From an uncultured Acidobacteriota bacterium (GTDB lineage Bacteria; Acidobacteriota; UBA6911; RPQK01; JAPXNP01): 64,000 nucleotides of DNA. Below the pieces are notes generated by a model that saw only the letters and a program-made list of their open reading frames with translations, made no database searches and was not told where the DNA came from. Positions 29,919-42,418 of this stretch are shown here, one piece after another. Numbering within the stretch: position 1 is the first letter of the stretch; every line of letters starts with the position of its first letter. Made by a program: the position numbers and the translations under genes. The stretch spans positions 1 through 64,000 of the forward strand of contig CAVZRV010000015.1 in NCBI GenBank assembly GCA_963777605.1. The letters run 5' to 3'.

Positions 29919-30500
29919 ATGCGATACCCGGTCCTTGCCGCGCTGCTCACGCTGATTTTCTGTGTCCAAGTCCGGTCACAGGGCTACCTGCCCGCTGGAT
30001 CAGGCAGCTACTTCTTCCCTCCACCCCGGGGGCTCTACTTTTTCCGCCCGGACCTTTACGTCTACCAGATCCCGCGTCACTACTCGTCACGGAGCTACCC
30101 GAGAACCTTCCACCGATCCTGGTATCTCCCTCCATCAAGGCTCTATTATCCGGTCGGCGAAGCATTCCTCCAGCGCGCGCTCCAGCGCTATGACGGGGGC
30201 CGGGCCATCTACCGGGTGATTCTCTCACCGCCTCCGACTGGCGGGTTCTACCGGGTGAACATGGCGGACCTGATCTTCAACGTCACTCCTGCCCAGGCCC
30301 AGGTCTATGTGGACGGCCGTCTGATCGGCAGCGCCCGGGACTTTGCCACGGAAAGGGATCGCTATTCCCTGCTCGACGGAGAACACGACCTTCGAGTCGA
30401 GTATCCAGGATATCAGCCGTTTGAAGCCCAGCTCCAGGTCGTCGCCGACCGCACGTTACACATTGAGGTTTCGCTGGAAAAAGGTCCTGGGAAACCGTAG
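29919..30500 (+). CDS. PEGA-domain secreted protein with Tyr/Pro/Arg-rich N-terminus
   Basis: AGGAGG RBS, signal peptide, VTPAQAQVYVDG...GEHDLRVEYPGY. Confidence 0.8.
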   Translation: MRYPVLAALLTLIFCVQVRSQGYLPAGSGSYFFPPPRGLYFFRPDLYVYQIPRHYSSRSYPRTFHRSWYLPPSRLYYPVGEAFLQRALQRYDGGRAIYRVILSPPPTGGFYRVNMADLIFNVTPAQAQVYVDGRLIGSARDFATERDRYSLLDGEHDLRVEYPGYQPFEAQLQVVADRTLHIEVSLEKGPGKP

Positions 30501-30519
30501 GGAGTCGCGGCCTCCGTGG

Positions 30520-30820
30520 ATCATTCAAAGAGTGAAACTGGTGAAGCATCGCCAGATGAGGCGGCGCAGGGTCAATTTCAGACCCGGCGGCAACGCCCCG
30601 GGACTGGGAGCCAAGACGGCAATGCAGCACTGAAAGTGGCGATTCAGTCCCGGTGGCCGGGCTGGTTTCAGAAGAAACCGGAAATCAACAATCCTGGATT
30701 GTAAATAGGTTCCCTTCCGCCGGGCAGGCTGCCCGGCCTGCCATACCAGGCACGGCTGCCTGGATTACTCTCCCTCCAGGAACAGAAACCAGGAACTCAT
30801 CCCAAATGAAGTTTCAGGTC
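30520..30820 (+). repeat. Dispersed intergenic element, copy A (long, about 300 bp)
   Basis: Left end ATCATTCAAAGAGTGAAACT (30520), internal TGCAGCAC (30623), right end CCCAAATGAAGTTTCAGGTC (30801-30820). Confidence 0.75.
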
Positions 30821-31715
30821 AGTGTGCGAGGAGATCGCGAAGGGCGACTTTGAGTTCGGGGAACCGGAACTCGAAGGAAAGCTCGAGTGCCTTCTGGGGG
30901 ATGACTCTCTGCCCTTCCAGCAGGAGCGTTTCGGCCATTTCCCCCATCGCCATCCTCAGGGCAGGCCCGGGTACCGCGAACCAGGCCGGTCGATGGAGGC
31001 ACCTGGCAAGGACCTTGGTGAATTCTTTGTTGGTGACCGGAGTTGGAGCAGTTGCGTTGACAGGCCCCTCGAACCGGTCGTCAAAGAGGGCTTGTTCGGC
31101 CAATCGAACGTGATCCAGCATATGAATCCAGGACATGTACTGGCGGCCGCTTCCCAGCTTCCCGCCCACGCCCAGCCGAAACGGCGGTAACATTTTCTCG
31201 AGGGCTCCTCCATCGAGGGAGAGCACGATGCCGGTACGCAGCAATACGACCCGCGCGCCTGACCGCTTCGCCTCGACTGCCGCGTCTTCCCATTCACGGC
31301 AAATCTCCGGGAGGAAACCGGTCCCGGAGGGAGAGCTTTCGACAAGCTGCTCGTTCCCCCGGTCACCATAAAAGCCGATCGCCGAAGAACTGACGATTAC
31401 GCGGGGAGGTCGAGGAGAGGCCAGAAAAGACTGCACCAGGTTCCGGGTCCCCCGGACGCGACTGTCCCGGATCAACTTCTTTCGTTCATCGGTCCATCGA
31501 CCCGAAGCGATCGGTTCCCCGGCAAGGTGAACGAAGCCGTCCAAACCTGTCAGCGATTCGACGGAGGGCGGTCCGCCAAGGACGTCCCATTCGACAAAGT
31601 CCGTCTCTTTCAACGGCGTCCGGCCGAACACGGTGATCTGGTGCCCCTGGTGCAGCAGGTGATCGGACAAGGCACGGCCGATCAGCCCGGAGCCACCTGA
31701 AATACCGATCTTCAT
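30819..31715 (-). CDS. TIGR01777-family NAD-dependent epimerase-like oxidoreductase
   Basis: ISGGSGLIG, HLAGEPI..RW, SAIGFYG, LRTGIVL, GSGRQYMSWIH. Confidence 0.92.
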   Translation of the reverse strand: MKIGISGGSGLIGRALSDHLLHQGHQITVFGRTPLKETDFVEWDVLGGPPSVESLTGLDGFVHLAGEPIASGRWTDERKKLIRDSRVRGTRNLVQSFLASPRPPRVIVSSSAIGFYGDRGNEQLVESSPSGTGFLPEICREWEDAAVEAKRSGARVVLLRTGIVLSLDGGALEKMLPPFRLGVGGKLGSGRQYMSWIHMLDHVRLAEQALFDDRFEGPVNATAPTPVTNKEFTKVLARCLHRPAWFAVPGPALRMAMGEMAETLLLEGQRVIPQKALELSFEFRFPELKVALRDLLAH

Positions 31716-31870
31716 CAATCCACTCCCGGAAAGTGGGCCACCGGCCCGGACTTCCCGCTGCTGAACATTCAACTTCGGGCAACATCTCAAACGGAGCTAC
31801 GCCAAATCCAAAGGGATTCGTCCGCTTACAGCTAAAGAAGAGACGAAAGGGCAGGGAGTTTCAAAGAAGA

Positions 31871-31944
31871 TGGCTGGGGGACAGGGATTCGAACCCCGAT
31901 AGCGTGGTCCAGAGCCACGTGTGTTGCCATTACACCATCCCCCA
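31871..31944 (-). tRNA. tRNA-Gln (CTG)
   Basis: TGGGGGATGGTGTAATGGCAACAC..., anticodon arm CGTGG-CTCTGGA-CCACG, GGTTCGAATCC T-loop, encoded CCA. Confidence 0.96.
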
Positions 31945-32011
31945 CCAAATCGGGAAGGCTGCATTATAGCAGAATCTTAACGCACTGCCGCCGAGGTCAA
32001 ACGACCGGAAA

Positions 32012-32434
32012 TCAACGGGTCGGCATGTCCGCGACCTGGAGTCGAGCCACCGCCGACTCCCACATCTGGAGAGCCCGCCGATAGTGGTCCTCTTCCCCCT
32101 TTGCCCGCAAAAGCGCCTCGGCCTTCAGCTTCTCTTCCTGGGCCCGATTGACGTCAATCTCGCCCGGTCGTTCGGCAACCTCGGCCAGGATCGACACCTG
32201 GCCCGGAAGAACCTCAGCAAAACCCCAGCCGCAGTAGAACCGCTCTCGAGAGGCTCCTTTTCGGTAGGTGATCACGCCGATTTTGAGCTCGGTCAACAAC
32301 GCGGCATGCCCAGGCAGGACACCAAGATAGCCGTTCAGGCCAGGAATTGAGACCTCATCCACTTCGCCGTCAAAGATCTGGCGCGATGGGGTGACGATCT
32401 CCAGGTTCAGTTTCTCGGGCAACTTTTCCGCCAT
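32012..32434 (-). CDS. atpC: ATP synthase F1 epsilon subunit
   Basis: LEIVTP, GYLGVLPGHA, GFAEV; last gene of the operon. Confidence 0.95.
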   Translation of the reverse strand: MAEKLPEKLNLEIVTPSRQIFDGEVDEVSIPGLNGYLGVLPGHAALLTELKIGVITYRKGASRERFYCGWGFAEVLPGQVSILAEVAERPGEIDVNRAQEEKLKAEALLRAKGEEDHYRRALQMWESAVARLQVADMPTR

Positions 32435-32435
32435 C

Positions 32436-34736
<2,301 letters not shown>

Positions 34737-34754
34737 AACTGCATCTCCGCCGGC

Positions 34755-36287
34755 CTAGGAAGCCGCTGCAACTGCACGCTTTTCGGCATAGCGTTCCTTG
34801 AATTCCTTGAGCGCCTCGTTCAGCTTCTGTCGAATCTCGTCGGTGAACTGATGTTTCTCTCGGATCTCCTGGACCAGCCCGGCATGAGCCGATTCCATGT
34901 ACTCGTAGAGCTCGCCCTCGAAGACGCGGATCTCGGACACGTCGAGGTCGTCGAGATATCCCTCGGTTCCGGCGAAAATCGCGATGATCTGTCGTTCCAC
35001 CTCAAGGGGCTGATATTGGGGCTGCTTGAGTAACTCAGTCAGCCTGGCACCCCGAGCCAGCTGCCGCTGGGTGGCTTTGTCCAGATCGGAACCGAACTGC
35101 GCGAACGCCGCCAATTCGCGATACTGGGCCAATTCCAGCCTGAGCCGGCCCGCCACCTGTTTCATGGCCTTCACCTGGGCCGAACCTCCGACCCGGCTTA
35201 CTGAGTAACCGACGTTGATGGCAGGACGAATGCCGGAGTGAAAGAGATCGGTTTCAAGAAAGATCTGACCGTCCGTGATCGAAATGACGTTGGTCGGGAT
35301 GTAGGCGGAAATGTCTCCCGCCTGAGTTTCAATAATGGGAAGCGCCGTCAGGCTCCCGCCGCCCTTTTCGTCATTCAGCTTGGCCGCTCTTTCGAGAAGC
35401 CGGCTGTGCAGGTAGAAGACATCCCCCGGATAAGCCTCGCGCCCTGGCGGACGCCTCAGGAGCAGCGAGATCTCGCGGTACGCCGCTGCATGCTTGGAAA
35501 GATCGTCGTAAATGATCAGAGCATGCTGCCCGTTGTCGCGGAAATACTCACCAATGGCACACCCCGCATAGGGAGCCAGATACTGCATGGTCGCCGGGTC
35601 GGACGAAGCCGCCGATACCACAACGCAGCGATCCATGACGCCGTATTCCTCGAACGTCTTGACCACACGGGCGACGGTCGAGCGCTTCTGGCCGATTGCC
35701 ACGTAGATGCAGTAAACGTCGGTGTTCTTCTGGTTGATGATGGTATCAATGGCAATGGCACTCTTGCCGGTCTGCCGATCGCCGATAATCAACTCTCGCT
35801 GACCGCGTCCAATCGGGATCATCGAATCGACTGCCTTCAGCCCGGTCTGCAAGGGCTCTCGAACCGGCTGGCGGTCAACGACACCCGGAGCCAGCCGCTC
35901 GACCGAATAGTACTCTTCGGCCGCGATAGGTCCTTTTTCGTCCTGGGGTTTTCCGAGCGAATCCACCACTCGGCCAAGCAGCGCGGGTCCCACAGGAACC
36001 TGCATGATCCGCTTGGTCCTCTTAACCAGATCCCCTTCGCAGACTAAGTATATCTCTCCGAAAAGAACCGCTCCCACACTGTCTTCTTCCAGGTTCAGCG
36101 CCAAACCGTAAACGTTGTGAGGGAACTCGAGCAGCTCCAGTGCCATGGCCTTGTCCAGGCCATGGACACGGGCAACGCCGTCACCGGCCGAGATGACGGT
36201 TCCGACTTCGCTTACGACCAGCTCGCTCTTGTAGTCCTTGATCTGCTGCCTGATTATTTCACTGATTTCGTCTGCCTTAATCGCCAT
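34755..36287 (-). CDS. atpA: ATP synthase F1 alpha subunit
   Basis: [29 protein letters not shown]. Confidence 0.98.
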   Translation of the reverse strand: MAIKADEISEIIRQQIKDYKSELVVSEVGTVISAGDGVARVHGLDKAMALELLEFPHNVYGLALNLEEDSVGAVLFGEIYLVCEGDLVKRTKRIMQVPVGPALLGRVVDSLGKPQDEKGPIAAEEYYSVERLAPGVVDRQPVREPLQTGLKAVDSMIPIGRGQRELIIGDRQTGKSAIAIDTIINQKNTDVYCIYVAIGQKRSTVARVVKTFEEYGVMDRCVVVSAASSDPATMQYLAPYAGCAIGEYFRDNGQHALIIYDDLSKHAAAYREISLLLRRPPGREAYPGDVFYLHSRLLERAAKLNDEKGGGSLTALPIIETQAGDISAYIPTNVISITDGQIFLETDLFHSGIRPAINVGYSVSRVGGSAQVKAMKQVAGRLRLELAQYRELAAFAQFGSDLDKATQRQLARGARLTELLKQPQYQPLEVERQIIAIFAGTEGYLDDLDVSEIRVFEGELYEYMESAHAGLVQEIREKHQFTDEIRQKLNEALKEFKERYAEKRAVAAAS

Positions 36288-36314
36288 CGTTAAGCCTCTG
36301 CTCTCAGTAATCGT

Positions 36315-36851
36315 TTAGTAGGACAGCTCCTGCCGCAGCTGCTCCAGTTCAGTTCGAATCGAACCGTCGAAAACGGTAGAACCCATCTGCAATTTGAGTC
36401 CTCCGATCAATTCGCCATCTTGCTGATACTCGAGCCGAATTTCTTTGCCTGTCACGGCGGACAATGTGTCCATGAGCCGGGCTCGAATCTTTTCGGAAAG
36501 CCCAACCGCGGAAACAACGTCGACCCGAACCACTCCGGCGGAATCATCCATAATCTGTTGGTAAGCCTCGACGACCTCTCCCAATTGCCTCATGCGGCTG
36601 CGCTCAGTCAACAGCAGCAGAACGTTTACAACGATCGGAGTCAGGCTGAGCCGCGAAGAGACCTCCCTGACTACATTCTGCTTCAGCTGGAGGGGAAATG
36701 CCGGGTTGGCCAATGCCTGGAGCAACTCCGCGGATTTTGCGAGCGTCGTGGAGAACTTCTCCAGATCGCTACCCGCGGAACGAGCCACGCCCATCTCCTC
36801 GGCGACATCCGCAAGTGCTCGCGCGTATTTGACAGAAGTTGACGAGATCAT
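36315..36851 (-). CDS. atpH: ATP synthase delta subunit
   Basis: KYARAL, LIGGL...VFDGSIR; operon position. Confidence 0.92.
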   Translation of the reverse strand: MISSTSVKYARALADVAEEMGVARSAGSDLEKFSTTLAKSAELLQALANPAFPLQLKQNVVREVSSRLSLTPIVVNVLLLLTERSRMRQLGEVVEAYQQIMDDSAGVVRVDVVSAVGLSEKIRARLMDTLSAVTGKEIRLEYQQDGELIGGLKLQMGSTVFDGSIRTELEQLRQELSY

Positions 36852-37435
36852 CAGGATGGTTTCCTTTCGCTGTCAGTTCGGAGTTTCTCGAAGAAATTCT
36901 CGATGATCCGATCGTGGGAATCAGCGTCAAGCTGACGCCTGACCTGCTCCTCGGCCAACTTCACAGCCAGGTCTGCCGCGTAGGATCGCAACTCCTGGCG
37001 GGCAACTTTGCTCAGCCCTTCGATCTCCCGGCCGGCCGCCGCCAGGATCTTCTCCGCTTCCTGCTCGGCCATTCTCAGTATCCGGTTCTTTTCGGCTTCG
37101 GTATCGGCCCGCGCCTGTTTCCGAATCGACTCGATTTCTCCGTCAAGGTCCTTGAGACGAGCCTCGGCTTCGGCCAACTTGCGCTGGGCTTCCTCCCGAG
37201 CCTGGCGGGCGGCGTCCATTTCCCGCTTGATTTCGTCGCGGCGGGATCTGAAAAACCGGGCAATCGGCACACGGGTGAAATACACAATCGTGCCGAAAAG
37301 AACAAAAAGATTGAACCAGCGCCCCAGCGTTTGAACCCATCCCCAACCCTCGGGACCAGCCTCGGCAGCCAGGGCGGAGATTGGGATCACACAGGCCAGC
37401 GCCAACATCAGCAGAACGGTTATTGTTCGTCTCAC
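36851..37435 (-). CDS. atpF: ATP synthase F0 b subunit
   Basis: TM segment then Ala/Glu-rich coiled coil; LAVKLAEE. Confidence 0.88.
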   Translation of the reverse strand: MRRTITVLLMLALACVIPISALAAEAGPEGWGWVQTLGRWFNLFVLFGTIVYFTRVPIARFFRSRRDEIKREMDAARQAREEAQRKLAEAEARLKDLDGEIESIRKQARADTEAEKNRILRMAEQEAEKILAAAGREIEGLSKVARQELRSYAADLAVKLAEEQVRRQLDADSHDRIIENFFEKLRTDSERKPS

Positions 37436-37501
37436 CAGATCTTCCCGTTGTTCGGCAGTGGATGAACCCTTGGCCTCATCGAGCCACGGAATCGTTTCCA
37501 G

Positions 37502-37924
37502 TTAGGACTTTTTCAGGACTCGGGAAGCGATCATTCGGGCCACTTCTTCTGCAGTCGGTCCCAGTTCCTTCCTGACCGCCTCTACTTCGGCTTCAAGGTT
37601 GAGCCGAGCCTTCTTTAGTCGGGCTTCGGTCTCGTCGCGTGCCTGAGTCACTCGTTCCTGTCGGGCGGCAAGCGCCTCCTTGCGGATCTGCTCCGCCACT
37701 TGATATGCCTCCTGTCGGGCCTCTCTCGTCTTCGCGTCACAACTGGCTTCGAGAGCATCCCGCTGTTCGAGCGTACGCTCGGCACCAGCCAGCGTCCCAA
37801 CGCTCAAAACCTTGCGTTCGTCGAGTACGCGGAGGAGCGGTCGAAACAGCAACGAATTCAGGGCCCAAAGAGTTGCGAGGAAGATGAGCGAGGAAGCCAG
37901 CAGAGTCCAGTCGAGCGTCAGCAT
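37502..37924 (-). CDS. ATP synthase F0 b' subunit
   Basis: LDWTL...LNSLLFRPLLRVLDER then coiled coil. Confidence 0.85.
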   Translation of the reverse strand: MLTLDWTLLASSLIFLATLWALNSLLFRPLLRVLDERKVLSVGTLAGAERTLEQRDALEASCDAKTREARQEAYQVAEQIRKEALAARQERVTQARDETEARLKKARLNLEAEVEAVRKELGPTAEEVARMIASRVLKKS

Positions 37925-38099
37925 AAGAAGACTGAATTACTAGCAGATTTCCTCCAAGAGATCAAGAATTCGAGTTACCCTGGGGCAGCTATCAGGGTTC
38001 GAAATCCTCCGCACCCGGGCTGTGCTAAACTACGTTTTCTCATGTCCCGCAAGGGGTCGCCGGTCACGGCGTACTCCCGATAGAGAGGAATTTGGAAGC

Positions 38100-38567
38100 A
38101 TGGCAAAATCGGACAAGGCAACTGAGGTTGAGAACACGACTCCAACAGTGACCGAAAAGGTCCCTCTCGTTCCGTTCAAAGTTGTGGCGTCGGGAATTCC
38201 CTTCTTCTCGGACAAAGAATGCACGCAGCAGGTTCCGGACGCATCCATCGTCATCCTGCAGACGCTGGACCCGTCTGACGAAATCCAGGAACTTGACATC
38301 GTCCCGAGTACCAAGACATACCAGGTCGGCGACTACGTGACCCTCGCATTCGATAACAAGAAGATCTGGGAAGACTGCTACTACCGGGATCCGGAGAGCG
38401 GAGAAATCGCGAGAGCCTTTCGCATTCACGTAAATTTCATCGGTGAGCGGCTTTCCAGCCAGGCTGTCGAAGAGGACCGCGCCCGAATCACCGATCTGGA
38501 AAAGGGCGTGCAGGCCAAGATCGAAGAACTCGCACAACGCAGCGCCGGCAGCCCCCCGGTGAACTGA
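38100..38567 (+). CDS. Hypothetical protein
   Basis: Globular-looking ORF with GAGG RBS, divergent from the atp operon. Confidence 0.7.
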   Translation: MAKSDKATEVENTTPTVTEKVPLVPFKVVASGIPFFSDKECTQQVPDASIVILQTLDPSDEIQELDIVPSTKTYQVGDYVTLAFDNKKIWEDCYYRDPESGEIARAFRIHVNFIGERLSSQAVEEDRARITDLEKGVQAKIEELAQRSAGSPPVN

Positions 38568-38636
38568 TCCAGGGAAAACTGAACTGGGACGTCACTTCCA
38601 AGAGCGCTCATGCAGCGCGAAGTGACCAGGCGCCGG

Positions 38637-38770
38637 ATCATGCAGAGAATGAAACCTGGCTCAAATTGACCCTCTCTGCGTGCAGCACCAACCTCTTGAA
38701 CGCACCCCTCGCCAGGAACTTAACCCGTCCAGTTTTTCCAAGTCTTCGTTTATCCAACTGAGATTTCAGA
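38637..38770 (+). repeat. Dispersed intergenic element, copy C (diverged, about 134 bp)
   Basis: Left ATCATGCAGAGAATGAAAC, internal CTCTGCGTGCAGCAC, right ATCCAACTGAGATTTCAGA. Confidence 0.55.
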
Positions 38771-40022
38771 TTACCGTGTCCGAGGGAATCTGAGCGTTTT
38801 TCGGGATGATGACGATACCGTCTCGGACGTAATAGTTCTCGCCGTCGTAGTTCTTGAGTTGGCGTTTATTGACGATGCGGACGTTCGCCCCGATCCGGGC
38901 ATTCTTGTCGATAATGGCTCCATCGACAACACATCCGGAACCGATCCCGACCGCCGGGTTCCCCTGCGGTTCGTCTTCGTAGAAGTCCGCTCCCAGCATC
39001 AACGTCCGGCTCAACTCGACGTTCTCGCGAATCACGCTGCGGATGCCGATCACCGACTCCGTAATCCGGGAACCGAAGATCTCACAACCCTCAGAAATAA
39101 TTGTCCGACTCAGGAGACAGTTCTGTACGTGGCTCGCAGGAAGAAACCGGGGGTGCGAGTAAATCGGTGCGTCCGCCGAGTAGAAGCTGAACTTGGGATT
39201 GTCGGCAGTCAGGTCCAGATTGGCCCGATAGAAGGCATCGATGGTTCCGATGTCTTCCCAGTAACCATCGAAAACATAACCGTAGACATTGTACTTCGGC
39301 AGGGAGGACGGAATGATGTCCTTTCCGAAATCCATCTTCGGATCCTCGTCCAGCACCCTCACCAGGGCTTCAGTATTGAAAAGGTAGATCCCCATGGACG
39401 CCATCAGGCTGCGCTCCTCGGTCACGCCACGGTGCTTCCAGGATTCGACATCGATCTTGAGCGAATCCACCAGCTCGGGATCCTGAGGCTTTTCGCAGAA
39501 CCTCGTGATCCGCCCTGAGGTCTCCATCTTGAGGATGCCGAGTTCAGAGGACTGGCTGGCCGTAACCGGCAGGACACAAAGGCTGACGTCGGCACCGGTT
39601 TTCAGGTGGTCCTCGAGCAGTTTCCGGTAATCCATTCGATAAAGGTGATCACCCGAAAGGATCAGGATGTGCTTGGGCCGGTAGGTCAGGATGTGGCGCA
39701 GAGATTGCCGCACCGCATCAGCCGTCCCCTGGTACCACATGACACTCTCGGGAGTCTGTTCGGCCGCGAGGATGTCCACGAACCCCTGAGAGAACATGCC
39801 GAAGCGATACGTCTGGGTAATGTGCCGGTTGAGCGATTCTGAATTGTACTGAGTGAGAACGAAAATCCGGTTAATCTCCGAGTTGATGCAGTTGCTGATG
39901 GGGATATCCACCAACCGGTATTTCCCCCCCAGCGGCACCGCAGGCTTGGACCTGATCAGCGTAAGAGGAAACAATCGACTGCCTTTGCCGCCGCCCAATA
40001 CGATCCCAATGATCTCTTTCAC
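38766..40022 (-). CDS. glgC: Glucose-1-phosphate adenylyltransferase
   Basis: LGGGKGSRLFPLT..RSKPAVPLGGKYRL, WYQGTADAV, GYWEDIGT, MLGADFYE. Confidence 0.96.
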   Translation of the reverse strand: MKEIIGIVLGGGKGSRLFPLTLIRSKPAVPLGGKYRLVDIPISNCINSEINRIFVLTQYNSESLNRHITQTYRFGMFSQGFVDILAAEQTPESVMWYQGTADAVRQSLRHILTYRPKHILILSGDHLYRMDYRKLLEDHLKTGADVSLCVLPVTASQSSELGILKMETSGRITRFCEKPQDPELVDSLKIDVESWKHRGVTEERSLMASMGIYLFNTEALVRVLDEDPKMDFGKDIIPSSLPKYNVYGYVFDGYWEDIGTIDAFYRANLDLTADNPKFSFYSADAPIYSHPRFLPASHVQNCLLSRTIISEGCEIFGSRITESVIGIRSVIRENVELSRTLMLGADFYEDEPQGNPAVGIGSGCVVDGAIIDKNARIGANVRIVNKRQLKNYDGENYYVRDGIVIIPKNAQIPSDTVI

Positions 40023-40246
40023 GCGAACGATTCTAACAGCAAGTACCGGCTATTTCGACGACATTGCGGTAGGAAGGGGACGGCGTTTCGGGTTTCGCGT
40101 CTTGGGAATCGCGTCGAGGGCGCAGGCGCAATCAGGACATCGGCGAAGTCGGCCGGCGGCGTGGGGGTCGAAGATTGCGCCGGGCAGGAGCCGTCTAAAC
40201 CAAAGATCCGAAGCTCGTGCCTGTCCGCGGAACCCCTGTTTTCTAC

Positions 40247-41281
40247 TCAAGAAGGGACACAATTCCCGATCCGCCGCAGGGCCCAATCTGCGTGTTCTTC
40301 GACCTGTGTGTCTCCTGATTCGGACAGGACCTTGAGACGCGGGATGAACTCCGGCCGCCGGCTATTCCCCATGGCCACGGCAACATTTCGCAGGAACCCT
40401 TGCCACTTTGCACGCATCACCGGGGTCCCGCCGAAACGTGCCAGGAATCCGTCTGCATCGAGAAGGGAAAGGCTGTCGAGGTCGAACTCGGAACTTCGAG
40501 GCTTGAACTCGGGATCACCTTCGACGCCGAACTTCCGATTCCAGGGACAGACGTCCTGGCAAATGTCACAACCGAAGACGAGGTTTCCCATGCCGGCGCG
40601 AAGTTCCTCGGGGATCGCCGAGCGAAGTTCAATCGTCAGGTAGGAGATGCATCGGCGGGCATCGAGTTGGTAGGGGGCGACGATAGCCTGGGTAGGACAG
40701 GCGTCGATGCATCGCGTGCAGCTACCACAGAAATCAGGAACAGGAGCATCCGGCTCGATCTCTTTGTCAATCAACACTTCCCCGATAAAGAACCAAGAGC
40801 CGCGCTTTCTCGAAATCAGGTTGGTGTGCTTCCCAATCCAGCCCAAACCCGCCCTCTGAGCCCAGACCTTCTCCAAAACCGGTCCCGCGTCGGAGAATTT
40901 CCGGAAGCTGCTCCCGGGCACAGACGGCTGCAGCGACTCGATGAACCGGGCGAGCCGCTTTCGGAAGACCTTGTGATAGTCCCGGCCCTGGGCATACTTC
41001 GAAATCGCTCCCTGGGACGGCTCTCCGACCGGGGGCTCCATGCCGGGATAGTAGTCAATCGAAAGAGAGATGATCGACTGCGCACCCGGGAGCAATAGAT
41101 CGGGACGGAGTCGCTTGTCGGCGTTGCGCTCCATATACGCCATCTCGCCATGCCGCCCTTCGGCCAACCAGGAGAGGTAGCCCTCTCCGTCGAGGCTCTC
41201 GGCTCGGCTGACCCCGACATCACTAAAACCGAATCGGCGGGCAAGCCGCTGAATCAGCGCCTTCAGATCTCGCGACTCCAA
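40247..41281 (-). CDS. queG: Epoxyqueuosine reductase
   Basis: YAQGRDYH, GLGWIGKH, CGSCTRCIDACPT, CISYLTIE, FGCDICQDVCPWN. Confidence 0.95.
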   Translation of the reverse strand: MESRDLKALIQRLARRFGFSDVGVSRAESLDGEGYLSWLAEGRHGEMAYMERNADKRLRPDLLLPGAQSIISLSIDYYPGMEPPVGEPSQGAISKYAQGRDYHKVFRKRLARFIESLQPSVPGSSFRKFSDAGPVLEKVWAQRAGLGWIGKHTNLISRKRGSWFFIGEVLIDKEIEPDAPVPDFCGSCTRCIDACPTQAIVAPYQLDARRCISYLTIELRSAIPEELRAGMGNLVFGCDICQDVCPWNRKFGVEGDPEFKPRSSEFDLDSLSLLDADGFLARFGGTPVMRAKWQGFLRNVAVAMGNSRRPEFIPRLKVLSESGDTQVEEHADWALRRIGNCVPS

Positions 41282-41766
41282 TTCAGTCCTTCCATCCGCT
41301 TAACAATTCCCTCCAGGAACTGCTGGTCAACAGCATCAAAAGCTCCAGGCCGCTCGGAATCGAGGTCGAAAACAGCCTGCAGCCGGCCACCTTTATCGAA
41401 TACCGGGAGGACGATCTCGGACCGGGACCTGGTGTCACAGGCGATGTGACCGGGAAACTCGTGGACGTCTGGAACGAGTACAGTTTTCTCTTCCCGGGCA
41501 CATATTCCGCAGACGCCTCTCTCAAACGGAATCCTCAGGCAGCCGAGCGTCCCCTGGTAAGGCCCGATTACCAGCTCGCGGCCCTGCGCGCGATAGAACC
41601 CGACCCAGAGGAAGTCAAAGGCATGGTAGACAAGGCAGGACAGCGTCGCCATCCAGAGGACCGGCTCATCCTCCTCCGCAAGGACGGCATCGACCTCGCC
41701 GAGGAGCTCCTGATATCGCGCGGCCTTGTTGCTCGCCGGCACCGATTTTCTGTCATCCGAAACCAC
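41263..41766 (-). CDS. GAF-domain protein (free methionine-R-sulfoxide reductase-like)
   Basis: WVGFY, GPYQG..GC..I..GVCG, VPDVHEFPGHIACD, SEIVLP. Confidence 0.88.
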   Translation of the reverse strand: MVSDDRKSVPASNKAARYQELLGEVDAVLAEEDEPVLWMATLSCLVYHAFDFLWVGFYRAQGRELVIGPYQGTLGCLRIPFERGVCGICAREEKTVLVPDVHEFPGHIACDTRSRSEIVLPVFDKGGRLQAVFDLDSERPGAFDAVDQQFLEGIVKRMEGLNWSREI

Positions 41767-41769
41767 TTT

Positions 41770-42264
41770 CTAGTCCTCACTGGCCTGGGCGAGGCGATAC
41801 TCCCGGCGCTTCAGGGCAGCTTCGGACCTACGCTCTTCTTCAGGGTTCTTGGGAATCAAAGGAGGAACTGCGCTTGGCCTGCCAGCCGTGTCAATCGCCA
41901 CAAAGGTCAGGTAGGCCGAACAAGTCCGTTTCTGAACCCCGGTCAACGGGTTCTCCGAGCGAACTTCCACCTGCACCTCCATCGAAGTTCGGAATGCCCG
42001 CGTAATCACTGCTTCCAGGAGCATCAATTGCCCGACCTTGACCGGGTGGAGAAACCGGACGGAATCGACCGAGACCGTGACCACCGGCTTGCGACAGTGG
42101 CGAAATGCGGCGATCGCCCCGGTCAAGTCAATTTCGTGCATTACCTTGCCGCCGAGAACATTTCCATGAGTGTTGGCATCGTTCGGCAGAACCAGTTGAG
42201 TCATCGTTGTCCGGGACTCTCCGACCGTCTTTCCTTCCAAGGCATCCCTCCTGTCAACCGGCAC
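41770..42264 (-). CDS. Acyl-CoA thioesterase (hotdog fold)
   Basis: VLPNDANTHGNVLGG, VVTVSVD, TSMEV, AYLTFVAID. Confidence 0.92.
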   Translation of the reverse strand: MPVDRRDALEGKTVGESRTTMTQLVLPNDANTHGNVLGGKVMHEIDLTGAIAAFRHCRKPVVTVSVDSVRFLHPVKVGQLMLLEAVITRAFRTSMEVQVEVRSENPLTGVQKRTCSAYLTFVAIDTAGRPSAVPPLIPKNPEEERRSEAALKRREYRLAQASED

Positions 42265-42418
42265 CAGTCACCTGTCGGCCCTTCCAGCTGTGAGCTCTCA
42301 TCACCCCGGATTCCTCATTATAACGATCACTTCTCTCATCGGCCGACTATCATTGAGCCTTCGGGAACAACTACCTGCTCTTAACACCCTCGCATGGGTG
42401 TGGTACCTTCGCAGTACG

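Noticed and set aside
30520-30820. Element as a CRISPR array or canonical integron attC
   Set aside because: Copies are kilobases apart and in both orientations, not arrayed. There is no cas or intI gene, and the ends do not fit RYYYAAC/GTTRRRY.
31871-31944. tRNA-Gln as an island integration site
   Set aside because: No adjacent integrase, and no duplicated tRNA 3' end was seen.
37924-38100. Absence of atpB/atpE from the operon
   Set aside because: Split atp operons are usual in Acidobacteriota and Deltaproteobacteria-like lineages.
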